DNA of 61,735 nt, the filler included, from Choristocarpus tenellus KU-1152 (taxonomy: Eukaryota; Protista; Phaeophyceae): assembly GCA_964200185.2 (NCBI GenBank). It is 13 parts of 13 records of this genome, joined end to end, with 100 filler letters (N's around TTAATTAATTAA, not from the genome) between each part and the next. Parts side by side here need not be neighbours in the genome. Positions count along the whole stretch, not along the records: positions 50,759 to 56,429 come from CAXNAD020010067.1; positions 56,530 to 59,055 come from CAXNAD020027054.1; positions 59,156 to 61,735 come from CAXNAD020026589.1; 10 more parts are not named here. One strand, 5' to 3'. The notes under the pieces were generated by a model. That model did not search any database. It saw nothing but the letters and a program-made list of their open reading frames with translations, and was not told where the DNA came from. A program made the translations under genes and the position numbers. Every line of letters begins with the position of its first letter. Position 1 is the first letter of the stretch. Shown one piece after another: positions 51,943 through 61,735 of the stretch.

Positions 51943-53405
51943 CCTTTCCTCACAATTAGCCTCATAGTGCGCTAGAAACATATCCCAAGTTATCGTCTTT
52001 TCCACGCTGGGGTTCCTTGGGCTCCTGCATGGGGTCGTTGAAGGGCTCCTGCCTCCAAGTATCTCCTTCTCCACTGTCCCACCACTACTCAAGAGCAGAG
52101 GGGTCACCTGCACAAAACAGGAGTGGGGGAGGATCAGTTGAGGATGGATTGGGTAAAGCAGGAAAGTGCCGTGAACACTTGATTTGATCATTGATGCCAT
52201 CTCTGGTCCTTTTTGTGCCCTTGCAGCTTTCTGTGTTTCCCAGGGTGTCACACTGCGTTGAAGGGACCAGAGCGAGAAGAACTAAGGTAACGAAGTGGTG
52301 ATAAGAAACGATGAGAGTAGGAGCATGCAGAAACACAACTCAGGACCAAATAGGGAACATTGCAGATGCACATAACCTGGACAACATCAATCAGTAGATA
52401 CATGATGCAGTTTTGGTAAGGGTAAATCCTGAAGCTAGGTGAAACATTTGTGATACCACTCTCACAAACTTGATCGAGAAGAATCATGACGCAACTCATC
52501 ATCCTGATAACGCACACCCCAAGTTAAGGATGAAAGCTTGACACAATCACCGAAAAACTCAATCAACACTCCAGGAATAAGGCAACTCTCACAAAACGAG
52601 CATTGAATATCCGACATTTTGCATAACTTGAGAAAAATTCTCGCTGTCTTACTGATTGATCATGTAGAGGGTCCCATAGACCTTCGATCATGTTCATAAA
52701 AGTAGCTGTCATTTCGTGGGATAGTCGTGCATATGAGCGCAGCAGAGCAGTTTAAGCTTCGCACTGGCCATCTGAAACCTACGGGTTCAGCTAACGTTAG
52801 TTCACCTCGAACTCTGCTCCCATCGATGCGTCATGTTCCATCACTGTCACAGGTGTGAGCCCCTCCACAGTTTCGCCCCCCTTGCCAACTGATTTTGGCG
52901 GTGTAGGGTCGGGTAAGGCCAGAACATCCAACGCAACAGCAGTTGGATGCTCACTATTTCCCTGCCCTGACTTCCACGACTTCAAGTACCTCCCCAGACC
53001 TCCCTTGCACGCCGCCAACCCCAAACCCTCTCCTTGTGTGCACATGGTGCTCGGCAATTTCACTGTCGACGCCAAGGCGCCACCAAGAGACTCGTCCTTA
53101 CCTATTTTATCCTCCTGCAATCTCGCATCGCAAGTTGCTGCCCCCCCTCCCCCACTTCCACCCTGGACAATTCCAGTCGCATCAGCATCTGCACACCACG
53201 ATGCACATGACGAATCCTGTGACGGAAATCGGCTTTCACGTGCGCCCTCACCAACCACCTCGCCCTGCGCGGTTATCAGGACAGTGGTGATACGTGGAGG
53301 ACAAAAATCATAATGCACGAACACGCCGCCTGATCCTCTACATAGGTAGGCTATTCCTTGGGGAGGGCTCGAAACGTTGTCACTACCCAGGTTTGTAAGT
53401 TCCAC
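51943..53405 (-). CDS. Possible exons of an unidentified gene (ORF 52797-53405; candidate exon 51943-52107)
   Basis: A 202-aa low-complexity open frame plus an AG/GT-bounded 55-codon segment; no recognisable domain. Confidence 0.3.
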
Positions 53406-54477
53406 AATCTACGCATTCTAGAGGTCAGGACCACTAACTCATCAGTAACATGAAGCTTCAATGTTGTGATCCATTTCGTCTCACCTTGGGATCCCATTGG
53501 ATGCTGGGTGAGCGAGGCTTGTGAATGTCAGGTGTGGCAGTATTGCTAGCGGTTCGAAGGAGATTTGGAGTGCCCTCATCCGACCCCAAACCACGTTGTT
53601 CACCTTTCACATCGTCCCCACCTTGAGATAGGATCATTTCCAACCCCGATATAGCAACGTCCCCTCCAAAATGTTCAAGTTTCTTTGCAGTCATATCTCA
53701 GAAATCCTTGTTCCCCCACCTCCCTCTTCCCCCTCTCCTTCACACCTCTCTCCTCGTGAAGAAGCACTTTCCCGACACACAACCTTCAATTCAGAAGAAC
53801 GGTCAAACGAAAACCCGACGAAGGCCAGATTATCAAGTTTGTTATCGGCACTTGAAATTTTTATGCCAGATAAGCACAGATTCGACCTTTGAGCTAAGTG
53901 TATTTGCAAACTTCATGTTCCTAGCTCGCCTTCCTGTTTGGGAGGATTGAATATTGTCGCAAATTTTCAAGGTAGATTGAATCCTCCCTGCTGAGACCCA
54001 GATGATCTCGTAAGTGGGCAAGTCACTGGAGAATTGGGCTGTGCCCCCAAAGGCAGTCACATGCACGGTATGCGCGTTACTGATGTATTTTTGCAGGTCA
54101 AACCCTAGCACCCACCTTCATGTCCCCATCCCACCCCTCACTCCAGGGTTTTCAGGGGTTCTATGTATATGACCCTCAACAGACGAGCAGATTTGCAATA
54201 AATTCTCTTTATACTGGCTCTTGATTGTAAGACTTCTCACGATGATTTTTCGTTTTCTCCGTCCACTTGAATTGATGACTCAATGTAGACATCGTTCAAA
54301 AACGTGAAAAAATAATAGAAGCAAAAATGTCAAAATAATGATTTTCACGAACATACATCTTCGCCTCTTGAACTATATAGGAACAACTTTGACACATAAC
54401 ACCATGAGGAAGGAATCCATAAAATATACAATTAGATGTCACAAAAAGGATCAAGGACTTCGTACAGACCTCATGCC

Positions 54478-54918
54478 ACACATATCCAATGGATAAAGTA
54501 TAAATCACCAACTACAACAACACTACTACCACTGCTCCACTACTAATTAATTAATATACAGTTGTTCTATTTATACACACCCATATCCAATGGATCAGGT
54601 TTAAGGTCACCAACTAAAACAATATTACTACTACTCCACTACTGATACACAGTTGTTCTATTTATACACACCCACACCCAATTAATCAAGTTTAGTTCAC
54701 CAACTACAATAATAAGCCTATAGTTTTCAATGGTTTTCCCCCTGACACATCTAGAAAATGTCAGAGAGCATAACAATATAATACTACTACTACTCCACTG
54801 TTAATATACAGTTATTCTATTTATACACACCCGTATCCAATGGATGGGGTTTAGGTCACCAACTACAACAATACTACTTACTACTATTGCACTACTCATA
54901 TACAGTTGTTCTATTTAT
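54478..54918. repeat. Tandem repeat, ~95-100-bp unit x4, one unit interrupted
   Basis: CACCAACTACAAC...TACAGTTGTTCTATTTATACACACCC repeated. Confidence 0.85.
54711..54773 (+). mobile_element. ~55-bp dispersed stem-loop element with a TAA tail, copy 1
   Basis: TAGTTTTCAATGGTTTTCCCCCTGACACATCTAGAAAATGTCAGAGAGCATAA; reverse-complement copies at 58553 and 60725. Confidence 0.6.
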
Positions 54919-56409
54919 GAACTTCCTCTTCGCAAAATGGTTAACGGAAGGTTTTTCCCAAAATAATATGGTATACTAACCCTCCACCCTCCCCCCTTCA
55001 TTTCATGGAAATATGGTCATCATCCAAAGTTCATATCATCAGACGCTTCACCACACCACTGGTACATATTGTACATTTACTTGCACTATCGGACCTTTCT
55101 AGAGAGGGCAGTAGGAAGACCAGTGTGATGACTGAAGAACCTGCTAAAACGTGTGAAGCAAGGAATTGCCGTTGTAAAATGAATAATACAAAAATTGTAT
55201 AGTGTATGTAGCACTTAGTTACAATAAGCTATAGTTGTAAGTAGTATTGATATTATGGACTACAGAGTGCCTGTTCCTGATATCGTGGATGGGTAGATTG
55301 GGATATTATTACTATATAGTCCCTCCACTCAAATAATACAGGTGGGGAAGAAATAAAATCCTCCGCTATTTTTAAAATCTTTGGTATTGTATTGTTATTG
55401 TTATTGTCGTCGTCGTAGTTGTAGTCGTCGTCATCGTCCTCGTCGTCTTCGTTGTTGTTGGACGGACCAGAGTTTTTTTAATGTAGAGACGGTAAGGACT
55501 GTCTTTTTGGTGTAGGAAAGAGCCTCTATTATTGTAAGGGAGGTGGGGAGGTCAGGTAAGTTCTGGTTCGGGTAGGTGAGGTCATTGACGGGGACTGAAT
55601 CTCATGAAGGTGAGTTACACTATCTTCAAAAATTTCCAGTAGAAATTTCGCTTGATCAAAATACTAAAGTGGTGAACAACATCATCATCGTAAATCAAAA
55701 ACATTTATTATAATAGTACATGTTAGACGTAAGAATGTAGATGTGAGGTAAGGTTAGTTTGACGTACCATAAATTTTAAAGCAGTAGTGCAAAGGTGTGA
55801 AAACAAACCCCCGCTTTACTCTGTACTTTCTGGTGTTGGCAATAGTGATTTAAGAATTAAAAATTGCTGCACTCTGCAATAGTATGTGTATATTGTTGTG
55901 TAGTTGTGATTACGTGGATGAGAAGAACACTCGCAACACACGCACACCCAACACCTACACACCACACCTGATATTGCCACAGCGTGCAGATAACTATTTT
56001 TACCAGTCCTGTCTTATGTGGACTCCAACGATATATTGTGTCAGCAATAAGATTTTTCTTGTAGGGAAATATAGTTCATCAGCAGGATCTGCTACCACGA
56101 GGACTTAGGGGGAGGACAAATCTCATCGTAATTGCCCACTGATCTGGTACACCAGCGAGATCGAGAAGAAGGCAGGAAAAGTGGAAATAGAGTTTACCTC
56201 ATTCGTTTCGAATCCAATTACCTGTGTGGGGTTGTGCTTTATTGGGCACTTGGGGGGATATATGCAAGGTGTGGTGAGCGTTGTGCGCTCAAAATCCTCT
56301 GAACAAGTGCAAGAGCTCACCACGCATCAGCTGCATGAGAAGAGCAATTGAGAAGCAGAGGAAAACCCAGGAGTCTAAGTTGAGAGATGTTCAGGCAACC
56401 TACTCAATT

Positions 56410-56429
56410 GACCCAAAGTATCTGGGGGG
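56410..56429 (+). mobile_element. MITE terminus at the contig end
   Basis: GACCCAAAGTATCTGGGGGG. Confidence 0.7.
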
Positions 56430-57114
56430 NNNNNNNNNNNNNNNNNNNNNNNNNNNNNNNNNNNNNNNNNNNNTTAATTAATTAANNNNNNNNNNNNNNN
56501 NNNNNNNNNNNNNNNNNNNNNNNNNNNNNGGGTCGTGTGAGGCTTCACACCTTCTTATCTTCACTACTAACAAATAGCATTACCTCCCAAGGTAATTTGC
56601 ACAAGACGAATACAGAGTATTCTCTCCAGTTTCAAGAGAGGCAGTAGGACCTCCATATTACAGCACGCTCCAGAACTCACCTCCATAGGATGTACAACTC
56701 AAATCCAACGACCTTGAAACGACACTATGGGGGAGTTGTCCTTGGTAATATTTTTTTTGGGGTTGTCAGACAGCCTTCTCTCGATACTCCACTCAGTATG
56801 TAGTTCAAAGCTCAACTCAATGTTTCGTTCAAGATCAAAGACTGTTTTAAAAGGGGTAATGGAATGCTGACCAAAAGTCCCTTTATTATATTAATCATCC
56901 ACCCATTTTCTTTGGGCTTCTATGGTAAAAGATATCCGCAACTTCTGTATACATACTCCAATCATAAACCTTTATTCTGCAACTTCTAGCAACTTTGACG
57001 TTTCTTCTGTAAGGTTAAGTGTGCATTATGAATTTTACGCTGCGTCTTCTAAGGAATCAGCATTTATTCTGTAAGGCTACCTATGTGCTACTAATCTCGT
57101 ATGCCGCATAGAAC

Positions 57115-57373
57115 ATGTGAAAGTATCTTAGAGGGTACAAGTTTCTCCCTGTTTGTCCATTTGGGGCTTGGCTTCCTACGGGTTCTTTTATGGCATTTTC
57201 ATACTCCAAAACGTTTCGGAGTAGGGAAAGTGAATACGCTATGAAAAGGCGTGTCCGAAACACGGATATTTACTCTTCCTAACAAACACGATAGGCAAAA
57301 TTACATCAAAATCGCAACATTAGATTCTAGCCCCCAAATCGACACTGCTCTACCCACTAAGATACTTTGGCTC
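57115..57373 (-). mobile_element. MITE family A, near full length
   Basis: GTGAAAGTATCTTAGAGGGTAC...AGATACTTTGGCTC; TSD unclear. Confidence 0.88.
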
Positions 57374-57387
57374 ATTCACTCGTAATA

Positions 57388-57502
57388 AATGCTCGCGTTT
57401 GCTAGGACACAAGAAGAAATGCTTGTGCTATTCGCCTGTAACAAATGCTCGCGTTTGCTAGAACGCGAGAAGAAATGCTCGCGCTATTCGCCTGTAACAA
57501 AT
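57388..57502. repeat. Tandem repeat, ~55-bp unit x2
   Basis: AAATGCTCGCGTTTGCTAG...CTATTCGCCTGTAAC repeated. Confidence 0.8.
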
Positions 57503-58291
57503 CCCCCTATTCTTAATCTTTTCGATTATTGGCTCATTTTCGATCTACTTTGAAGTCGTTTTATTATTTTTTGGTATGTTCATGCCAAGCACGTACGTAT
57601 AGTAAGTATGAAGTGAGAAACGACTTGTTTTGGCATCTTAACATATACACCTCAAAGTAACACAAATACCGTACACCTGTACATTTTGTAGGTATGAATG
57701 GTGATGCGCTATATTTTATACATGCAACCTCACATAATCCCTGAATGCAAAGGAAAAATACAATAGCGTGATTGCACAAAATGAAATACATTATTCAAAT
57801 TCGTATAACGGTGTTAAGAAAATCCACTATGAAAACCAGATTGCACAAAATGAAATTCAGTAGGAAAAAGAAAAAATGCATAAAACAAGAAACGTCACCC
57901 GAAGGTGACGGGCAAATTTAAAACATCTTCAGCACGATTAGTGGGCGCCCCGTGACGAAAGAGCAGTCTTCCGTAGCCCATGTTAGCTTCCGTCTATTTT
58001 GACCCTTCCCTGGAAATTCTTCAGTGGATTGAGTGATGGAGGTAGGACTTTGCCCGAATGGTGTGGACTTCTATCACTCGCCCTGTCTGTGACCAAAGCA
58101 GGTGGGGATCGAAGCACAGGCTGGGGAACGGATGTGACTGGTCGGACGGGTTTGGATGCATTGCTTTTTGAGAGGTAGCAGTCCTAGTTGCTGCCTAACG
58201 GTCGGGGTTTCGGCTGAGCCAGTGAAAGGGTGTGACATGCTAGCAAACATAACGCGCATCTCCCAAGGTACCCAAACATTGCGAGTCTTGT

Positions 58292-58459
58292 CCTTGTACA
58301 ATGCAACTTTGGTAGCATTTTGGTTGGCTAAAAGAAATGCGAATTGGCCTTGTACAACGCAACTTTTGTAGCATTTTGGTTGGCTAAAAGAAATGCGAAT
58401 TGGCCTTGTACAATGCAGCTTTTGTAGCATTTTGGTCGGTTAAAAGAAATGCGAATTGG
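58292..58459. repeat. Tandem repeat, 56-bp unit x3
   Basis: CCTTGTACAA...AAAGAAATGCGAATTGG at 58292, 58348 and 58404. Confidence 0.9.
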
Positions 58460-58552
58460 TCGCTTCGATTGGATAATTCCTATATGAGATCACCGAACCT
58501 TTGATTGTTGCCCCGAGGGTCTTACCGAGACCATAATGGTTTTCACTTTTTT

Positions 58553-58607
58553 TATTATGCCCTCTGACATTTTGTAGATGTATCAGGGGGGAAACAAATG
58601 AAAGCTA
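58553..58607 (-). mobile_element. ~55-bp dispersed stem-loop element, copy 2
   Basis: TATTATGCCCTCTGACATTTTGTAGATGTATCAGGGGGGAAACAAATGAAAGCTA. Confidence 0.6.
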
Positions 58608-59599
58608 AAACAGTGTTTAGTGTTGTAGTTTCCAACTAGAAAAGAGAATTTTCATTAGATTTGGTAATGAAAAACACTACGGACAGAAAATGGGGAGATA
58701 GAAAAAACTTTCCGATAGTGAATTTCATTTATTGTAGCATGCTTGCAAAAATGAAATACATCATCGAAAAAGTAGTATGTATCACACCTCATCATATTGT
58801 ATTAGAACTACAATATTGACATATATAATGACATAGAAGAGTTATTAGATAGGGAATACATTTTGTTGGGCAAACACTCTAATATCACGTCTATAATGTT
58901 CTGAATATCTTAACGTACGGGTATTTCAGAGGAAGTGTTAACAAAACTACGATATATTTTTATATACACATATATATATATATGTCGTTGTTAGCCCTAA
59001 AGAAATAAAATATCCTAAACATAAGAACACTATAAAACATCGTAAGTGTGGAAACNNNNNNNNNNNNNNNNNNNNNNNNNNNNNNNNNNNNNNNNNNNNT
59101 TAATTAATTAANNNNNNNNNNNNNNNNNNNNNNNNNNNNNNNNNNNNNNNNNNNNGTATAACCTATGTTGTATACTTGTGTCAGCACAAACAACGTAAGG
59201 ATAACACTATGTTATTCGAAAAGGTGTACTATCCTCCAAGCGCCTAAAACGTGACAGGGGTAACAATCAACTTCGGGAATTGTTGAAAGATTTACACTGA
59301 CCAAGTCGCTATTGACTACCAGTCACATTCTTGCTATGCTGGGATAAACAAGAGAGATGGTTGGAATACGGCTCCGCGATCCACCCCCTAGAATGGCTGG
59401 AGTGCTCAGTTACTCATACCTTCACCTGAAGAGGGTACGTAAAAGGAAGAAAACAGATACAGTGAGAGAAACGACCGGGTTATTATTAAGCGTCTAATAT
59501 TACTAGGACCATATCCATACTGTAGTGTGTAACCTACCGACGGACGGACCAAGATCACCACACCACAACCGGGAACATCATCACGCGTTGCCTTCCGCA

Positions 59600-59950
59600 T
59601 GCGCCATGAACAAACAACACCTACCTATGATCATTTCGGACTACGAGCAAGAGACCAGGACGATTTACAATGGTGCCAGCAATATTCAACTACAAGGGGA
59701 GGGAATGAGGTGATGAAGAGACACATGCGACACGGGAGGTTTTGACCAGGCTTGGGTTACCGAGAACTCGAATGGCAACAAGGCAGATGTGAGTCAAATC
59801 TAAGGAGGCGATGCTAGATTAACGGCACACATTCACTCAATGAGGAATATCTCAAACTTCAAATTAGCAGTAAGTCGTACCAACGTTGTGGGTGTCGAGA
59901 ATCTTGATCGTCAGGTCATCTGTGCCGTTCTTTTTGCAGGTCTTCTTGGT
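59600..59950 (+). pseudogene. Possible decayed copia-type gag remnant
   Basis: Frame with stops gives AHIHSMRNISN...LDRQVICAVLFAGL, loosely like the Retrotran_gag_2 helices; weak. Confidence 0.25.
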
Positions 59951-60724
59951 ACCACACTTGCATGACCTCCCGCATGACCTCCCACACTTGCAGGATTCTT
60001 CGTGGCGACGGTAGGATGGGGACGAAATATGGAGTTGAGGACTTAGAACACAACTTCGTCATGAATCATGGTGGGATATGTTATTTTCTGTGTCCTTTGA
60101 GTCAAGAGGTCAAGATACTGACAAGGCGGACACCAGACGAAAGTCCAAACTTCAAGGTGGTGCATATGTTGGACCACCGAACCATATAGTTGTGTCAAAC
60201 TCACTGCAGCAAGAATAAGCTGGACATGAAGGTATCCTTGATTCCTCTCTGTGACCAAACGTTTGCCGACTCGGAATCGCTGTAGTGGGATGTTTGCTTG
60301 AATGATGCAAACACTTGCTGTTGTTAAGGTGGTGTTGTGGGGGTTGTGGAGCGGTGTATTTTCTACGATGAATGTAGACTATCCATATCAAGCCCAAAAC
60401 TGTACATGAAAATAGTTCTTTTGACTACCCTCAACACCTTTACACTGTAAAGTGTAACGTTTTTGAGTGCTTGTCGTGACATTTCAAGATTTTTTATTGT
60501 TTTTTCCTCTGACACATTTCCGAAATGTGTGAGGACAAATAATAAGAAGCATATGTATGAACTTCATCCACAAGTGCAAACGCGGATTGCGGCGGGGAAT
60601 CTTTAGTGAGACAAAGACTATAGAATCGTTCAAGATACTAGTTTCATGAATTAAGTGAAGGGAATCCATCAAGGACAAACTTCATAATACATATTTGATG
60701 CTACAAACTACCATCGTATAATAT

Positions 60725-60782
60725 TATTATTATGCCCTCTGACATTTTACAGATGTGTCAGTGGTCAAACAAATGGAAACTA
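60725..60782 (-). mobile_element. ~55-bp dispersed stem-loop element, copy 3
   Basis: (TTA)n-TGCCCTCTGACATTTTACAGATGTGTCAGTGGTCAAACAAATGGAAACTA. Confidence 0.6.
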
Positions 60783-61451
60783 CACATATTATGTTAGTAT
60801 AAGGCCTAAGGAAATAAAATATCATAGGTGTGAAAAACATTGCATAATATTTTTCCTACTACTATCTATTGATATTCAACTGTACAATTGTTGAAAATAC
60901 AACCGTTATTATTTTTATTGATACTAGAAAACCTCCCTATATACGTTTGAATGAACAAATAACGGGAAAGTTTATGAGAATCTGAGTTTTGTGGGTGGAG
61001 GAATTCTGGTTTGTTGGGGGCACAAGGCAAGGAAATGGACAGTAAAGAAATAAAGGTATCAGGGAGGGAACGGAGAGTTAAAGATTGAGTGGTTGAGAAA
61101 ATAGGTGGCAGATAGAGGCACAAGAGAAGGAATGAACAGTATTGAATCGAAGAGGAAACCTGAGGCTGGGGGACAAGGCGAGGAGGGCTATAGATGAAGA
61201 TGACCCCCGAGCAAGCTTTCCCGCCCACCCGCCCTGTCGCTTGCTCACGACCGACTTGGATCTTAGGGTGGGAGGAGAGGTCAAGTTCGGGCGGGATAGA
61301 TAGATGTCTTCTAGCTCAAAAGCACGGTATGAAGGGGATCATGAAGAGGGTTTCTTGGATGATTATGGAGTGGTGTTGAGGGGTGTTGAATGGTGTGGTG
61401 GAGGAGTAAGTGGGGTGGGGTTGACTGGAGTGGTAACTGGTGTGGGGTTGA

Positions 61452-61711
61452 GAGCCAAAGTATCTTAGAGGGTAGGGCCTTGTCCATTTGGGGGCCAAAA
61501 TCCATAGTTGTAATTTTGATGTAATTTTGGCTATCGTGTTCGTTGGGAAGTGTCAATATTCTTGTTCCGGACAAACCTTTTCATGACATATACACTGTAC
61601 CTACTCCAAAACATTTTGGAGTAGGAAAATGTAATAAAAATACTCCATGGGAAGTCATGCCCCAAATGGACAAACAGGGCAAAACTTGTACCCTCTAAGA
61701 TAGTTTCACTC
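61452..61711 (+). mobile_element. MITE family A, full length, TSD TGA
   Basis: GAGCCAAAGTATCT...AGATAGTTTCACTC termini. It sits in a local GGGGTTGACTGGAGTGGTAA repeat whose intact unit at ~61417 serves as an empty site. Confidence 0.92.
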
Positions 61712-61735
61712 TGACTGGAGTGGTAAGTGGGGTGG

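Noticed and set aside
53785-53910. AGC-kinase hydrophobic motif (LAFVGFSF)
   Set aside because: No kinase domain is visible nearby and the motif is too short to support a call.
9121-58459. Tandem repeats (71, 47, 70, ~97, 56 bp) as CRISPR-like arrays
   Set aside because: Whole units repeat with no unique spacers, no cas genes are present, and the context is eukaryotic.
10741-59155. Recurring TTAATTAATTAA motif as a biological repeat
   Set aside because: It sits centred in identical N44 pads at all 12 joins, so it is a concatenation linker; ORFs containing X runs are artefacts.
59880-60000. Metallothionein/CXC-like CKCGRSCGRSCKC peptide on the minus strand
   Set aside because: Largely produced by a local 12-bp duplication, with no supported gene structure.
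13906-61574. Recurring short ORFs such as LPSKILW, PTPKHFG and PNGQPPPP as a protein family
   Set aside because: They are translations of MITE sequence in varying frames, with no conserved start or stop.
10518-61711. Assigning the asymmetric-end MITEs to RAG/Transib
   Set aside because: The termini lack CAC, the TSDs are not 5 bp and no RAG1-like ORF is seen; the resemblance is architectural only.

Overview
Eukaryotic, intron-rich nuclear DNA from a flagellated organism; a brown alga or related stramenopile is my inference and is unverified. The window is 13 small contigs joined by 12 artificial 100-nt linkers (N44-TTAATTAATTAA-N44), so neighbourhood across linkers is not biological. Host genes are mostly partial: proteasome alpha-6 head-to-head with a complete small dual-specificity phosphatase, RNA polymerase I second subunit, outer-arm dynein heavy chain C-terminus, MetAP1 and a p24/TMED protein. 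Recognisable transposons are a Ty1/copia fragment, a plant-type mariner with a Stowaway-like MITE, and a tRNA-derived SINE head. The dominant signal is about 24 copies or ends of three related MITE families (A ~260 bp, B and C ~180 bp). They share a bipartite end: terminal GRNYN-AAAGTATCT box, spacer, inner GTCCATTT box. The spacer is typically 16-17 nt at one end and 26-27 nt at the other, a one-helical-turn asymmetry reminiscent of the RSS 12/23 rule. TSDs are 3-4 bp, four of them confirmed by paralogous empty sites in the window. A >5 kb element capped by the same terminus, with subterminal ~130-bp repeats and an unrecognised spliced gene, is a candidate parent. One MITE insertion duplicates AGGT and so forms a perfectly spliceable, introner-like GT..AG unit.
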